Origin: an uncultured Chloroflexia bacterium
Lineage (GTDB): Bacteria > Chloroflexota > Limnocylindria > Limnocylindrales > CSP1-4
Length of the DNA stretch: 64,000 nt
Reading direction: 5' to 3'
NCBI GenBank assembly: GCA_963713795.1
Contig: CAVQNC010000010.1
Span: 346,375-410,374 of the forward strand
Shown: positions 10,371 to 19,497 of the stretch, one piece after another
Position numbering within the stretch: position 1 is the stretch's first letter
How the letters are laid out: each line of letters begins with the position of its first letter
Program-made: the position numbers and the translations under genes
The notes under the pieces: generated by a model
Told to the model about the DNA's origin: nothing
The model's database searches: none
The model's input: the letters and a program-made list of their open reading frames with translations, nothing else

Positions 10371-11513
10371 GTGGCGAACCCCACCTCCATCCGTTTGCTA
10401 GTCGCGGAAGACGTGCCGCAGGTCAGCCAGCATGTCCGCAATCTCCTGAGCGTCCAGTCGCAGGTGCAGTTGCTCGAAGTCCTGAGCGACGGTTCGAAGG
10501 TCCTGGAGGCGGCGAGGCAGCTTCGGCCGGACGCGGTAATGGTCGATCTGCTGCTGCAGGGCAAGATGAAAGGCCCACAACTGATCGAGAAGCTCCGGGA
10601 TTCCGGCCTAGACATCCCGGTCGTTGTCCTGACCGTGCCTCAGCACCCCCTCGCGCGTGATCCCAACCGCGGCATCGACGCCGTGCTGACCCTGCCGTTC
10701 AGCGGCTTCGAGCTCGTCAACACGCTCAGCCATGCCCTCGTGGACCGGCAGGCCCGTGTCTCTGGTGCCTGCAGGGTAGTTTCCGTCTTCTCGCCGAAGG
10801 GCGGCGTCGGGAAGACGACGATCGCGTTCAACCTGGCCGTCTCGCTCGCTCAGATGGGCGTGGCCACGGCCCTGATCGACGGCAGTCTCCAGTACGGCGA
10901 TCTTCGAGCCCTGCTCAAGGTGCCGAGCGACGTGCCGTCGATCCTGGACCTGCCCACCGACCGGGTCCAGGAGTCCGACATTCGCGACGTGATGTGGCGG
11001 GATCCGGCTGGCATCGACATCCTCCTGGCCCCGCCGCGTATTGAGATGGCGGAGATGGTCACCCCGCGCGACGTCGAGAAGACGATCTCGCTGCTGCGGC
11101 GGCTCTACGAGGCCATCGTCATCGATACCCCCGCCTCGCTCTCCGAGGCGACCCTGGCTCTGCTCGATGGCTCGGACGTCGTCCTGTCGGTCGTGACCTA
11201 CGACTCGACCACGATCCACAACACGATCGCGGTCGCCGAGGTCTTCTCCTCGATCGGCTACTCGGCCGAGAAGCTTCAGTACCTGGTCAACCGGTCCGAC
11301 TCGAGCGGCGGCATCGGCCGGGACGAGTTGATCCGGGCGCTCGCGCGCCGGCTCGACTACGAGGTCGTATCGGATGGGCGCCTGGTCGTCGGCGCGAACA
11401 ACGAAGGCATGCCATTCGTGGTCTCGAGCCCGGACGCGGCGGTCAGTCGCGACGTGCGACGCGTGGCCGAGGCTCTCATGGGTCGCACCGCCGGCGCTTC
11501 GGTGAGACACTGA
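10371..11513 (+). CDS. Receiver-domain plus ParA/MinD-type ATPase (CpaE/TadZ-like)
   Basis: N-terminal REC-like domain (IRLLVAEDVP...VMVDLLL); deviant Walker A VFSPKGGVGKTTIAFNLAVSLA. Confidence 0.7.
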   Translation: MANPTSIRLLVAEDVPQVSQHVRNLLSVQSQVQLLEVLSDGSKVLEAARQLRPDAVMVDLLLQGKMKGPQLIEKLRDSGLDIPVVVLTVPQHPLARDPNRGIDAVLTLPFSGFELVNTLSHALVDRQARVSGACRVVSVFSPKGGVGKTTIAFNLAVSLAQMGVATALIDGSLQYGDLRALLKVPSDVPSILDLPTDRVQESDIRDVMWRDPAGIDILLAPPRIEMAEMVTPRDVEKTISLLRRLYEAIVIDTPASLSEATLALLDGSDVVLSVVTYDSTTIHNTIAVAEVFSSIGYSAEKLQYLVNRSDSSGGIGRDELIRALARRLDYEVVSDGRLVVGANNEGMPFVVSSPDAAVSRDVRRVAEALMGRTAGASVRH

Positions 11514-11517
11514 GGCC

Positions 11518-12438
11518 GTGTCCGATCAGCGTCCCATAGGCGTATTCGACTCAGGCGTCGGCGGTCTCACCGTACTGCGGGAGATCCTGCGCCGGCTCCC
11601 TTATGAGTCGACGGTCTACCTCGGGGACAACGCGCGTGCTCCCTACGGGACCCGCGACGACGACGAGGTCCGGCGTTTCAGCGTTCAGGCCCTCGACGCA
11701 CTGGTCCGGCGCGACGTGAAAGCGCTGGTCGTCGCGTGCAACACCTCGACGTCGGTGGCCCTCGGCGATTTCAGGAGGCGCTACGACCTGCCGGTCCTCG
11801 GCGTCGTTCGGCCCGGGGCGGCAGCCGCGGCGCTGGCCACGCGAAACAGGCGCGTCGGGGTGATAGCCACTCCGGCCACCGTTCGTTCGCGGGCGTACTT
11901 CAACGCGATCAAGGACGAGAACCCGGCCGTGGAGGTCTACGAGCACGCCACACCCGGTCTCGTGCCGCTCGTCGAGGCCGGCCGCCTGACCGGACCAGAA
12001 GTCGAGGCTGCCGTCAGGCGGGCCGTCGCGCCGCTCCTCGGCGAGCGCGATGGAGATGGCGACTTCATCTTCCCGCTGCCGCCATCGGCGCGGATCGACA
12101 CGCTGCTCCTGGGCTGCACTCACTACCCGCTGCTGCTGGGCGTGCTGCGCGATTGCGTGGGTGACGGCGTGGCCATCGTCGATTCGGCCACCGCGACGGC
12201 CTCGTCGCTGGCCGAGCTGCTTTCCGTCAACGCCCTGGAGGCGCCCGGCACGACGCGCGGCACGGCTGCCGATGCCGGGATGGCCGGGCACGAGCCGCCG
12301 GACGAAGCCGTGCTGGCGCCGACACATCGCCAGCTGACGACCGGCGACGTTGCGGCGTTTCGATCGGTGGCCGAGCGAATGTTCGGGGAAGACTTCCCGG
12401 AGATCGGCGCAATCGATCTTGAGGCCGGCCCGGCGTGA
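11518..12438 (+). CDS. murI: Glutamate racemase
   Basis: GVFDSGVGGLTVL, LVVACNTSTS, LGCTHYPLL. Confidence 0.9.
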   Translation: MSDQRPIGVFDSGVGGLTVLREILRRLPYESTVYLGDNARAPYGTRDDDEVRRFSVQALDALVRRDVKALVVACNTSTSVALGDFRRRYDLPVLGVVRPGAAAAALATRNRRVGVIATPATVRSRAYFNAIKDENPAVEVYEHATPGLVPLVEAGRLTGPEVEAAVRRAVAPLLGERDGDGDFIFPLPPSARIDTLLLGCTHYPLLLGVLRDCVGDGVAIVDSATATASSLAELLSVNALEAPGTTRGTAADAGMAGHEPPDEAVLAPTHRQLTTGDVAAFRSVAERMFGEDFPEIGAIDLEAGPA

Positions 12439-13673
12439 GAGACGACCCCTCGAGGGCGGATCGGGACGATCGCGAGCGGCCGCCTCGGCGGGTCCGTCCT
12501 GGCTGGCGTCGCGACGCCTTCATGCAGGCCGGCTTCCTGGTCGGGGCAGCCGTCGGTGCCGCTGTCACCGTGCTGGGCCGGCGCGCCGAAAACGCCGCGA
12601 GGCGCGGGCTGATCGACTGGAAAGCGGTCGAACGGCAGGCTTCTGATCGCGTCAGGAAGGCCCCCGGCGCACTCGATTCCCGGGAACTGGAGCGCGCCGC
12701 GCCGATCTACGCCGCCGCCATGGCCGAGATCGTCCCGGCCTTGAGCCGCGCCCTCCACGCCGAACTGCCCGGGGTCGTTGAGCGGAGCGGCGTCGTCGAC
12801 CGGGAGACGTGGGTCCATGCCAACGTGGCCACTTTCGAAACTCTCATGAGCAAGGTCGAAGCGGAACTGGTCGAGCAGGTGCTTCCGCCCGGGTCGGGGC
12901 TGATCAGATCGGGCATGGCGATCGCCAACCGGATGGTTACGACCCGCCAGTTCGGCTTTCTGCTGAGCTTCCTCGGCCAGCGCGTGTTGGGCCAGTACGA
13001 CCTGGCGCTCCTGTCGGCGGAATCCGCCCCCGGCCGGCTCCTCTTCGTCGACGAGAACATCCGGCGCACGGCCATGGCGCTGGACGTGCCCCTCAATCCG
13101 TTCCGGACGTGGATCGCGCTGCACGAGACGACCCACGCCTTCGAATTCGAGGCCCATCCGTGGCTTCGGCCGTTCCTCGCCTCTCGACTCGAGCGCCAGA
13201 TGCGGTCGCTGTCGATCGATGTCTCGACCCTGAACCGCGATGCCCTGGGGAGATTGGGTCGGGCCCTGCGGGGCGCCGGCACGGGCGACAACTGGATGGA
13301 GGGGCTGATGACGCCGGACCAGCGTGTCGAGTTTCGCGAAATCCAGGCCGTGATGAGCCTGCTGGAGGGTTTCGGAGACTACGTCATGGACGAGGTCGGG
13401 CGCGACCTGGTCCCGGACGTGGAGGTCATCAGCGCCAGATTCCATGAAAGGCGGGGCCAGCGGACGGGCTTCGAGCGCGCCATGATGAGACTGACCGGAA
13501 TGGACCTCAAGATGGAGCAATATCGGAAGGGAGAGGAGTTCGTCGCCGCGATCGCCGCGGCCCGCGGAGCCGAGGCGCTGCAGGCCCTGTGGTTCGGCCC
13601 GGAGACGCTGCCGTCACCGCAGGAGATAGATCAACCGTCGAGTTGGCTGGCACGGGTGCTGCCCAGGCCCTGA
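12435..13673 (+). CDS. Zinc-dependent metalloprotease-like hydrolase (HExxH; DUF2342/TIGR03624-like)
   Basis: HETTHAFEF, an HExxH motif; start overlaps the murI stop. Confidence 0.6.
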   Translation: MRDDPSRADRDDRERPPRRVRPGWRRDAFMQAGFLVGAAVGAAVTVLGRRAENAARRGLIDWKAVERQASDRVRKAPGALDSRELERAAPIYAAAMAEIVPALSRALHAELPGVVERSGVVDRETWVHANVATFETLMSKVEAELVEQVLPPGSGLIRSGMAIANRMVTTRQFGFLLSFLGQRVLGQYDLALLSAESAPGRLLFVDENIRRTAMALDVPLNPFRTWIALHETTHAFEFEAHPWLRPFLASRLERQMRSLSIDVSTLNRDALGRLGRALRGAGTGDNWMEGLMTPDQRVEFREIQAVMSLLEGFGDYVMDEVGRDLVPDVEVISARFHERRGQRTGFERAMMRLTGMDLKMEQYRKGEEFVAAIAAARGAEALQALWFGPETLPSPQEIDQPSSWLARVLPRP

Positions 13674-13701
13674 TCGGAGCCGTCCAGCAAAGGGGACGCA
13701 C

Positions 13702-14733
13702 ATGTTGACCGGAAACCGCGAAATCGTGGGACCAGGACATGGGCCGGGCGGCTCACCTCTCGCGATCGCCATCAGCCCAGTCCTGACCGGCCGTGACGCC
13801 TTTGGGTCGATGCGCGAGAGGATCCTCGCGGCGGCCCCGGGAACCAGGCTTGTGCCGCTGAGCGCGGACGGCCTCGCCGACGAGCCGCTGGACGAGGTAG
13901 AGGTCCTGTTGCGGGGCTGGTCCCTGGGCGGCGACCCGCTCGACCGGTTGGTCGGAAGGGCCCCGAGGTTGCGCTGGATCCATTCCGTCTCGGTCGGCGT
14001 GGAGTCCGTCCTCACTCCCTGCATCCGGCTCCGCGGCCTGACGGTGACGAACGGCCGCGACGTCTTCAGCCGGCCGATCGCCGAATACGTGATGACGATG
14101 ATCCTGGCGGTGTGCCGCTGCCTGCCCCAGCTGATCGAGCTGCAGAGGGAGCGAACCTGGCAGCCGATCGAGGCCCGGGAACTCGGGCAGACGACCGTCG
14201 GCCTCGTCGGCCTGGGCGGTATCGGCCGCGAGGTGGCGAGGCTGGCCCGACCGTTCGGTCCGCGCATCGTGGCCGTCCGGCGACGCCCGAATGCCGAGCC
14301 CGTGGACGCCGTCGAAGTCCTGGGCGGCGTCGAGGCGCTGCCCAGGCTCCTCTCCCTTTCGGACTTCGTCGTCCTGGCTCTGCCGCTCACGGCCGAGACA
14401 GAGGCACTCATCGACGACGAGACGCTGGCCGCCGCGAAGCCCGGAGCCTGGGTCATCAACGTCGCCCGCGGCGGTCTCGTGGACGAACTCGCGTTGCTGC
14501 GGGCCTTGCGATCGGGGCCGCTCGGCGGCGCCGTCCTGGACGCCTTTCGCGAGGAGCCGCTGCCGGAGACATCGCCGTTCTACCGGCTGTCGAACTGCAT
14601 CGTCACGCCCCATACGAGCTGGTCGAGCGCCGCGGTCCTGGACAGAACCTTCGAGGTCTTCTGCGAGAACCTGCGCCGCTATCGGGCGGGCGAGCCGCTC
14701 AGGCACGTGGTCGATCTGGACGCGGGCTACTAG
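13702..14733 (+). CDS. D-isomer-specific 2-hydroxyacid dehydrogenase (NAD-binding)
   Basis: GLVGLGGIGREVARLARPFGPRIVAV NAD fold; catalytic region VINVARGGLVDE...HTSW. Confidence 0.85.
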   Translation: MLTGNREIVGPGHGPGGSPLAIAISPVLTGRDAFGSMRERILAAAPGTRLVPLSADGLADEPLDEVEVLLRGWSLGGDPLDRLVGRAPRLRWIHSVSVGVESVLTPCIRLRGLTVTNGRDVFSRPIAEYVMTMILAVCRCLPQLIELQRERTWQPIEARELGQTTVGLVGLGGIGREVARLARPFGPRIVAVRRRPNAEPVDAVEVLGGVEALPRLLSLSDFVVLALPLTAETEALIDDETLAAAKPGAWVINVARGGLVDELALLRALRSGPLGGAVLDAFREEPLPETSPFYRLSNCIVTPHTSWSSAAVLDRTFEVFCENLRRYRAGEPLRHVVDLDAGY

Positions 14734-14951
14734 GACGGCCGTCGGGCCGGTCGATCAGGAGTTTTGGCCGGCCGACGCCGGCCTCTCGGCGATCGACCCG
14801 GAGTTGCGCCGGTCGACGCCGGCCTTTCGAAGTTCGACCCGGGCTTCCCGTCGTTCGACCCGGAGCTGCCCCGCCGATCGATCCGGACCCGGCGGCACTC
14901 CGGTAGCATGTGCACGGCGCGGCTGCGTCATGCGGAGGAGGCTACCGGCAC

Positions 14952-16055
14952 ATGCAGATCGCCATCGTCGGGCTTGCCGGCTCGGGCAAGACCACGGTCT
15001 TCAACACGCTTACGCGAGGCCACGCCCAGACCGGCGGCTACGGCGGCATGGAAGTGCACGTCGGAACCGTCAAGGTCCCCGATGAACGGCTCAACACGCT
15101 GGCCGAGATCTTCAAGCCCAGGAAGATCGTTCACGCGGATGTGACCTATTTCGACCTCCCGGCCCCGCCTGCCTCGACCGACGGCCGGGTCGGAACCGAA
15201 GAGCTGCCGGCCGACCAGCTGGCTCGCCTGCGCGAAGCCGACGCGCTGCTGCACGTGGTCAGGGCCTTCGAGGACGCGGCCGTGCCGCATCCGGACGGAC
15301 CCGTCGACGCCTGGCGGGACCTGGAGCGGATGGACCTGGAATTCACGCTGGCCGACCTGTCGGTGATGGAGAAGCGCATCGACCGGCTCAAGGCGGCCGG
15401 CCACCACGGGACCGCGGCCGAGCGAGACGCCAACGACCACGAGCTGGAGCTGCTCGAGCGGCTCCATCGGCCCCTGACGGACGGGAAGCCGCTGCGCGGC
15501 GAGAAGCTGCTGCCGGAGGAGGAGAAGTCGATTCGCGGCTTCCGGTTCCTGACCCAGAAGCCGGTCCTCGTCCTGCTCAACGTCGGCGAGGCCGACCTGC
15601 CGCGAGAAGCGGAACTCGTGGCCGGCATCGCCACCCGCTACAAGCAGTCGAACACGATGGTCGATGCCCTCTCGGCCAAGATCGAGATGGAGCTCGGCGA
15701 ACTGGAACCCGATGAGGCCGCCGTCTTCATGGACGAGCTGGGCCTGGCGGAGTCGAGCCTGGATCGGGTCATCCGGCTCAGCTATCAGCTGCTCGGCCTG
15801 ATCTCCTTCCTGACGGCCGGGCCGGACGAGGTCAGAGCCTGGCCGATCCCCGACGGCTCGTCGGCGGTGGATGCGGCCGGCGCGATCCACACCGACCTGG
15901 CTCACGGCTTCATCCGGGCGGAGGTGGTGCCGTACCACGACCTCGTCGAGTTGAGGTCTATGGCCGAGGCGCGCAAGCACGGAAAGCTGCGGTCGGAGGG
16001 GAAGACCTACACGGTCAAGGACGGCGACGTCATCGAGATCCTCTTCAGCAAGTAG
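14952..16055 (+). CDS. ychF: YchF/Obg-family ribosome-associated GTPase/ATPase with a C-terminal TGS-like domain
   Basis: IVGLAGSGKTTVFNTL P-loop; C-terminal YTVKDGDVIEILF; the likely start is the internal ATG at 14952 (MQIAIVGL) rather than the track start at 14910. Confidence 0.7.
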   Translation: MQIAIVGLAGSGKTTVFNTLTRGHAQTGGYGGMEVHVGTVKVPDERLNTLAEIFKPRKIVHADVTYFDLPAPPASTDGRVGTEELPADQLARLREADALLHVVRAFEDAAVPHPDGPVDAWRDLERMDLEFTLADLSVMEKRIDRLKAAGHHGTAAERDANDHELELLERLHRPLTDGKPLRGEKLLPEEEKSIRGFRFLTQKPVLVLLNVGEADLPREAELVAGIATRYKQSNTMVDALSAKIEMELGELEPDEAAVFMDELGLAESSLDRVIRLSYQLLGLISFLTAGPDEVRAWPIPDGSSAVDAAGAIHTDLAHGFIRAEVVPYHDLVELRSMAEARKHGKLRSEGKTYTVKDGDVIEILFSK

Positions 16056-16109
16056 CGCGTAGCGGCCAGTGCCGCGGCCGCCCGGGGCCGCGGCAATCGG
16101 TCGTTCCTC

Positions 16110-16410
16110 TTGAGAGCTTGCCCGAGCCGGCCGCCACACCCGCCGAGAGTCCGCGTCCGCTGCCCGAGCCGGCCGCCACACCCGCCGAGAGTCCGCGTCC
16201 GCTGCCCGAGCCGGCGGCCACACCCGCCGAGAGTCCGCGTCCGCTGCCCGAGCCGGCCGCCACACCCGCCGAGAGTTCCGCGTCCGCGGCCCGAGCCGGC
16301 CGCCACACCCGCCGAGAGTCCGCGTCCGCTGCCCGAGCCGGCCGCCAGACCCGCCGAGAGTTCCGCGTCCGCGGCCCGAGCCGGCCGCCAGACCCGCCGA
16401 GAGTCCGCCA
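16110..16410. repeat. Tandem array of about 7 copies of a 42-nt GC-rich unit (cccgagccggccgccacacccgccgagagtccgcgtccgctg); some copies carry 1-nt indels
   Basis: Directly visible head-to-tail repetition between convergent genes; no unique spacers, so not CRISPR. Confidence 0.9.
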
Positions 16411-16726
16411 AGAGTTGCGTATTACTACTGGCAGTATTGGTAAGTCGAGCCGCGCTTCGGCATGGGCGCGGATCTTCTTCTTGTGGCCTCCGAGCTGGGC
16501 ACGCTGAGCGTCAATCCAGCCGCAAGGCGACGAAGGTCGGCGCGTGTAGGCCGGATCCGCCGCTTACCAATACTGAGATTGGTATTGCGCAAGAATGGGC
16601 CCACGGCCCGCCTCGGGCGCGCCTCGGGTCCCCTGCGTACCGCTCCGACGCGGGCGACGACACCGCCCCGCTCGCCCCGCTCGGCCCGCTCGCCCCCGCT
16701 CCGCCCGCTCGCCCGGCCGCCTCGCC

Positions 16727-17083
16727 TCAGTTGATGTGCGAGTCCCCGCCTGGAAAGTCGACGAAGAGGCCGCGATAGTCGGGCCCATCCTCGTCGTCAT
16801 CGTCGTCAGAGTCGATGCTGGCCAGGTAGTTGTCGTCGTCGATCTTGGAGACGTTGACCGAGGCGCTGAGGCGATCGTCGGAGATCGGTATGAACTCGTA
16901 GTCGCGCTCGAGCTCCTCCGCGATGGCCTCGATCAGGGTGTCCTGGTCGAAGGAATCCTGGACCCTGTGCCTGATCTCCTGGACCAGCTCGAAGAAGGAG
17001 TCGGCATCCATTTCCTCCTCGCGAACGAGGAGCACGTCGGCGAAGATGTCGTCGTCGCCTTCGCGAAGTTCGTAGAAGAACAC
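16727..17083 (-). CDS. Small highly acidic hypothetical protein
   Basis: 118 aa, very D/E-rich (DSDDDDDEDGPD); reasonable codon structure compared with surrounding antisense ORFs. Confidence 0.45.
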   Translation of the reverse strand: MFFYELREGDDDIFADVLLVREEEMDADSFFELVQEIRHRVQDSFDQDTLIEAIAEELERDYEFIPISDDRLSASVNVSKIDDDNYLASIDSDDDDDEDGPDYRGLFVDFPGGDSHIN

Positions 17084-17159
17084 GGCATGACTCCGGGAGG
17101 AGGTTGCTCTGGAAACGCGGCGAGTATACGCCCCACAATCGTACGGACAGTCCGCCCGG

Positions 17160-18119
17160 CCTGACCTCCTGGTCGTCGGTGCCGCTTCGCGGGACCTGAC
17201 CGAGGAGGATCCACGAGGCTGGCGCCTCGGCGGGGCGGGCGCCTACTGCTCCCTCACGGCCGCGCGGCTCGGCCTGCGCGTGTGCTGCCTGCTCGGCGTC
17301 GACGACCGTGCAGCCGCCGCGGAAGAGCTCCTGCTGCTCGAGGCCGCCGGCGTCGAGTTGCGGCGGGTCGAGCTCGATCACGGGCCGGTCTTCGAGAACA
17401 TCGAGGCGGGCGGTCACAGACGGCAACGCTGGTTCTCCAGTAGCGACGTCATCCCGGTGGCGGCTCTGCCGGACGGGTGGGAGCGAGCGCGGGCGCGCCT
17501 GATCGTCCCCGTGGCCGGCGAGGTCGGCGAGGACTGGGCGGCGACACGCGAGGTGGACGGGGGCGCAACTCTTGGCGGAACTCGCGGCGGGTCTGGCGGC
17601 CGGCTCGGGCCAACGGACGCGGACTCGCGCGCCGGGACGGGCTTCGTGGGCGTCGGCTGGCAGGGCATGCTGCGCCAGTTCACCGCCGACGGTTGGGTGT
17701 CGCGGACCGACCCTCACCCCTCTGCGCTGCTGGGCTCCGCCAGCCTCGTCGTCGCGAGCATGGACGACCTGGGCCGGGGCGCGGCCCTCGACGATCTTCA
17801 GGCCCTGGCGCCGTCTGCGGTCATCGTGCTCACTGCCGGGGAGGGCGGGGGCCTGGCCCTGGGCAACGGGGCCGTGCGGCGCTACGCGGCCATCCCTGCG
17901 CAGCGAACGGTTGATGCCACGGGCGCCGGCGACGTCTTCCTGGCCGCATTGACCGTCGCCTGGTTGCTGAGCGCGCAGGTGGCCACTCCGGGCGCGTTGC
18001 GATTCGCCGCGGCGGCCGCGTCCTGCTCGGTGGAAGGTGCCGGACTAGCAGGCGTGCCTGCTCGGGCCCAGGTCGCCGCGCGGCTGCGCCAGGCGGCTTC
18101 GTCGCGGGGAGACGTCTGA
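17160..18119 (+). CDS. PfkB-family carbohydrate/ribokinase-like kinase; the N-terminus is unresolved
   Basis: C-terminal signature DATGAGDVFLAALTVAWLL. Family-typical N-terminal LLVVGAASRDL...GGAGAY..AARLG lies upstream of the track's GTG start (17280), with no canonical start codon after the in-frame TGA at 17088. Confidence 0.6.
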   Translation, partial: PDLLVVGAASRDLTEEDPRGWRLGGAGAYCSLTAARLGLRVCCLLGVDDRAAAAEELLLLEAAGVELRRVELDHGPVFENIEAGGHRRQRWFSSSDVIPVAALPDGWERARARLIVPVAGEVGEDWAATREVDGGATLGGTRGGSGGRLGPTDADSRAGTGFVGVGWQGMLRQFTADGWVSRTDPHPSALLGSASLVVASMDDLGRGAALDDLQALAPSAVIVLTAGEGGGLALGNGAVRRYAAIPAQRTVDATGAGDVFLAALTVAWLLSAQVATPGALRFAAAAASCSVEGAGLAGVPARAQVAARLRQAASSRGDV

Positions 18120-18174
18120 GCTCTTCCCGGCGCGCGCGGGTCGAGCCCGGGCAGAGACGATGGCGCGCCTCAAC

Positions 18175-19497
18175 TCACGCGGGGCGGCGCTCCATGCGGC
18201 GGGCCAGCCGGGCGCGGCGTCCGGCCAGGTCGGCTTCGAGGGCGCGGCGCTGCATGGCGTTGCCGTGGCCCCGGCTGCGGTACAGGGCCAACAAGGCCTG
18301 ATCCGTGGCGGCCCAGGCGCCCTCCAGGTCGTGCCCGCGGTGCTCGCGCTCCTTGGCCAGCTCTATCCAGCCCAGGCCGGCGAGCGGTCCCGGAGCGGTC
18401 ACCAGGCGGCTCCACGCCACCCCGGCCTCGGCCAGGCGGCCGCCGCGGCGCAGCAACCGAGCCAGTTCGACCGTGGCCATCGCCACCTCCGGATCGCCGC
18501 CGTCGATGGGCCCACCGGCGATCTCCAGGCAGGCAACCGCCTCGTCGATGCGTCCCTCGTGACGGAAGAGCCGGGCCAGCCGTATGAGATCCCCGGGCGG
18601 CGCCCAGCGCCGGACTTCACCCTCGCCGTAGCCTCGCTCGAGGAGAGCCAGGATGCGTCCCAGCGTGACCACGTCCTCGGCGTTGTGGCGGGCCACGACC
18701 CGGATCGGCCCGGCCGGCCCGCCGCGCAGGAACGAGTGGTAGACCGCCGGTATCTCCCACGAAGGAATGTCGGGCGCGCGATGGCGGCGGAGGAGGTGCC
18801 GCTCCACGGTCTGCAGGCGCGCGTCGGGCAGTCGATGGCGGAAGAGCCGGCGCACGAGGAGCAGCAGATCAAGGTGGCCGTCGAGCGCCGGCGGCACGCG
18901 GCGCCCCATCCGGAATCTGGTCTCCAGGAGCGGCCAGTCGAAGCTGCGGCCGTTGTAGGTCACGAGATGGGCGCCGGGAGGGGTCTCCGCGGCCAGCGCG
19001 TCCAGCAGGGCGGGTTCCTCAGAGTGGTCGGGCAGGAGCAGCTGGACGAGTCGCAGCCGGTCGCCCTGCCACCAGCCGATCCCGATCAGGAAGGCGACGG
19101 TCCCCGCGGCCGACCCGAGCCCCGTCGTCTCCGTGTCCAGGCAGAGGAGGGGAGTGGTCCGCGCCGGCATGCCCGGGAGCGCGGCCAACCGCTCCCGATC
19201 GATCGGCAGGTATACAGGCCGAAGCTCCCGCCGGACGTACCAGCCGTTCGGCGTCTCGATCGCGTCCCCGGAAACGGCCGAAGCCAGGCGCTCGGCCAGC
19301 GCCCCGGCGTCGACACGGCCCGCGTCTCGCCAGACCGGCTGGGGCGGGCCGTATGCCTCGCCCGCGGCCACGACGACGGCGATCGCCCTCCGGATCTCCG
19401 GGTCCGCCTCGCCGGACCGATCCGATCGGTCTACGGCGGAACGTTCGCGGCGCAGGCCCTCCAGGTGCCGCTGGAGCCTCGTGCCGTCGACGGTCAT
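18175..19497 (-). CDS. mrfB: DnaQ-like (DEDDh) 3'-5' exonuclease with C-terminal TPR-like repeats; MrfB/YprB-like
   Basis: Exo I motif LCLDTETTGL; RNase H-like fold; a helical repeat tail; sits immediately downstream of the MrfA-like helicase with a 4-nt overlap. Confidence 0.7.
   Translation of the reverse strand: MTVDGTRLQRHLEGLRRERSAVDRSDRSGEADPEIRRAIAVVVAAGEAYGPPQPVWRDAGRVDAGALAERLASAVSGDAIETPNGWYVRRELRPVYLPIDRERLAALPGMPARTTPLLCLDTETTGLGSAAGTVAFLIGIGWWQGDRLRLVQLLLPDHSEEPALLDALAAETPPGAHLVTYNGRSFDWPLLETRFRMGRRVPPALDGHLDLLLLVRRLFRHRLPDARLQTVERHLLRRHRAPDIPSWEIPAVYHSFLRGGPAGPIRVVARHNAEDVVTLGRILALLERGYGEGEVRRWAPPGDLIRLARLFRHEGRIDEAVACLEIAGGPIDGGDPEVAMATVELARLLRRGGRLAEAGVAWSRLVTAPGPLAGLGWIELAKEREHRGHDLEGAWAATDQALLALYRSRGHGNAMQRRALEADLAGRRARLARRMERRPA

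Noticed and set aside
16110-16410. Possible CRISPR array
   Set aside because: The 42-nt units are directly adjacent with no intervening unique spacers, and there are no cas genes. This is a simple tandem repeat.
16045-16411. Gly-rich repeat ORFs (SAGVAAGSGSGRGL)n / (PEPAATPAESPRPL)n as real proteins
   Set aside because: There is no plausible start or RBS context. The ORFs overlap the ychF 3' end, and frame-breaking indels occur among the repeat copies.
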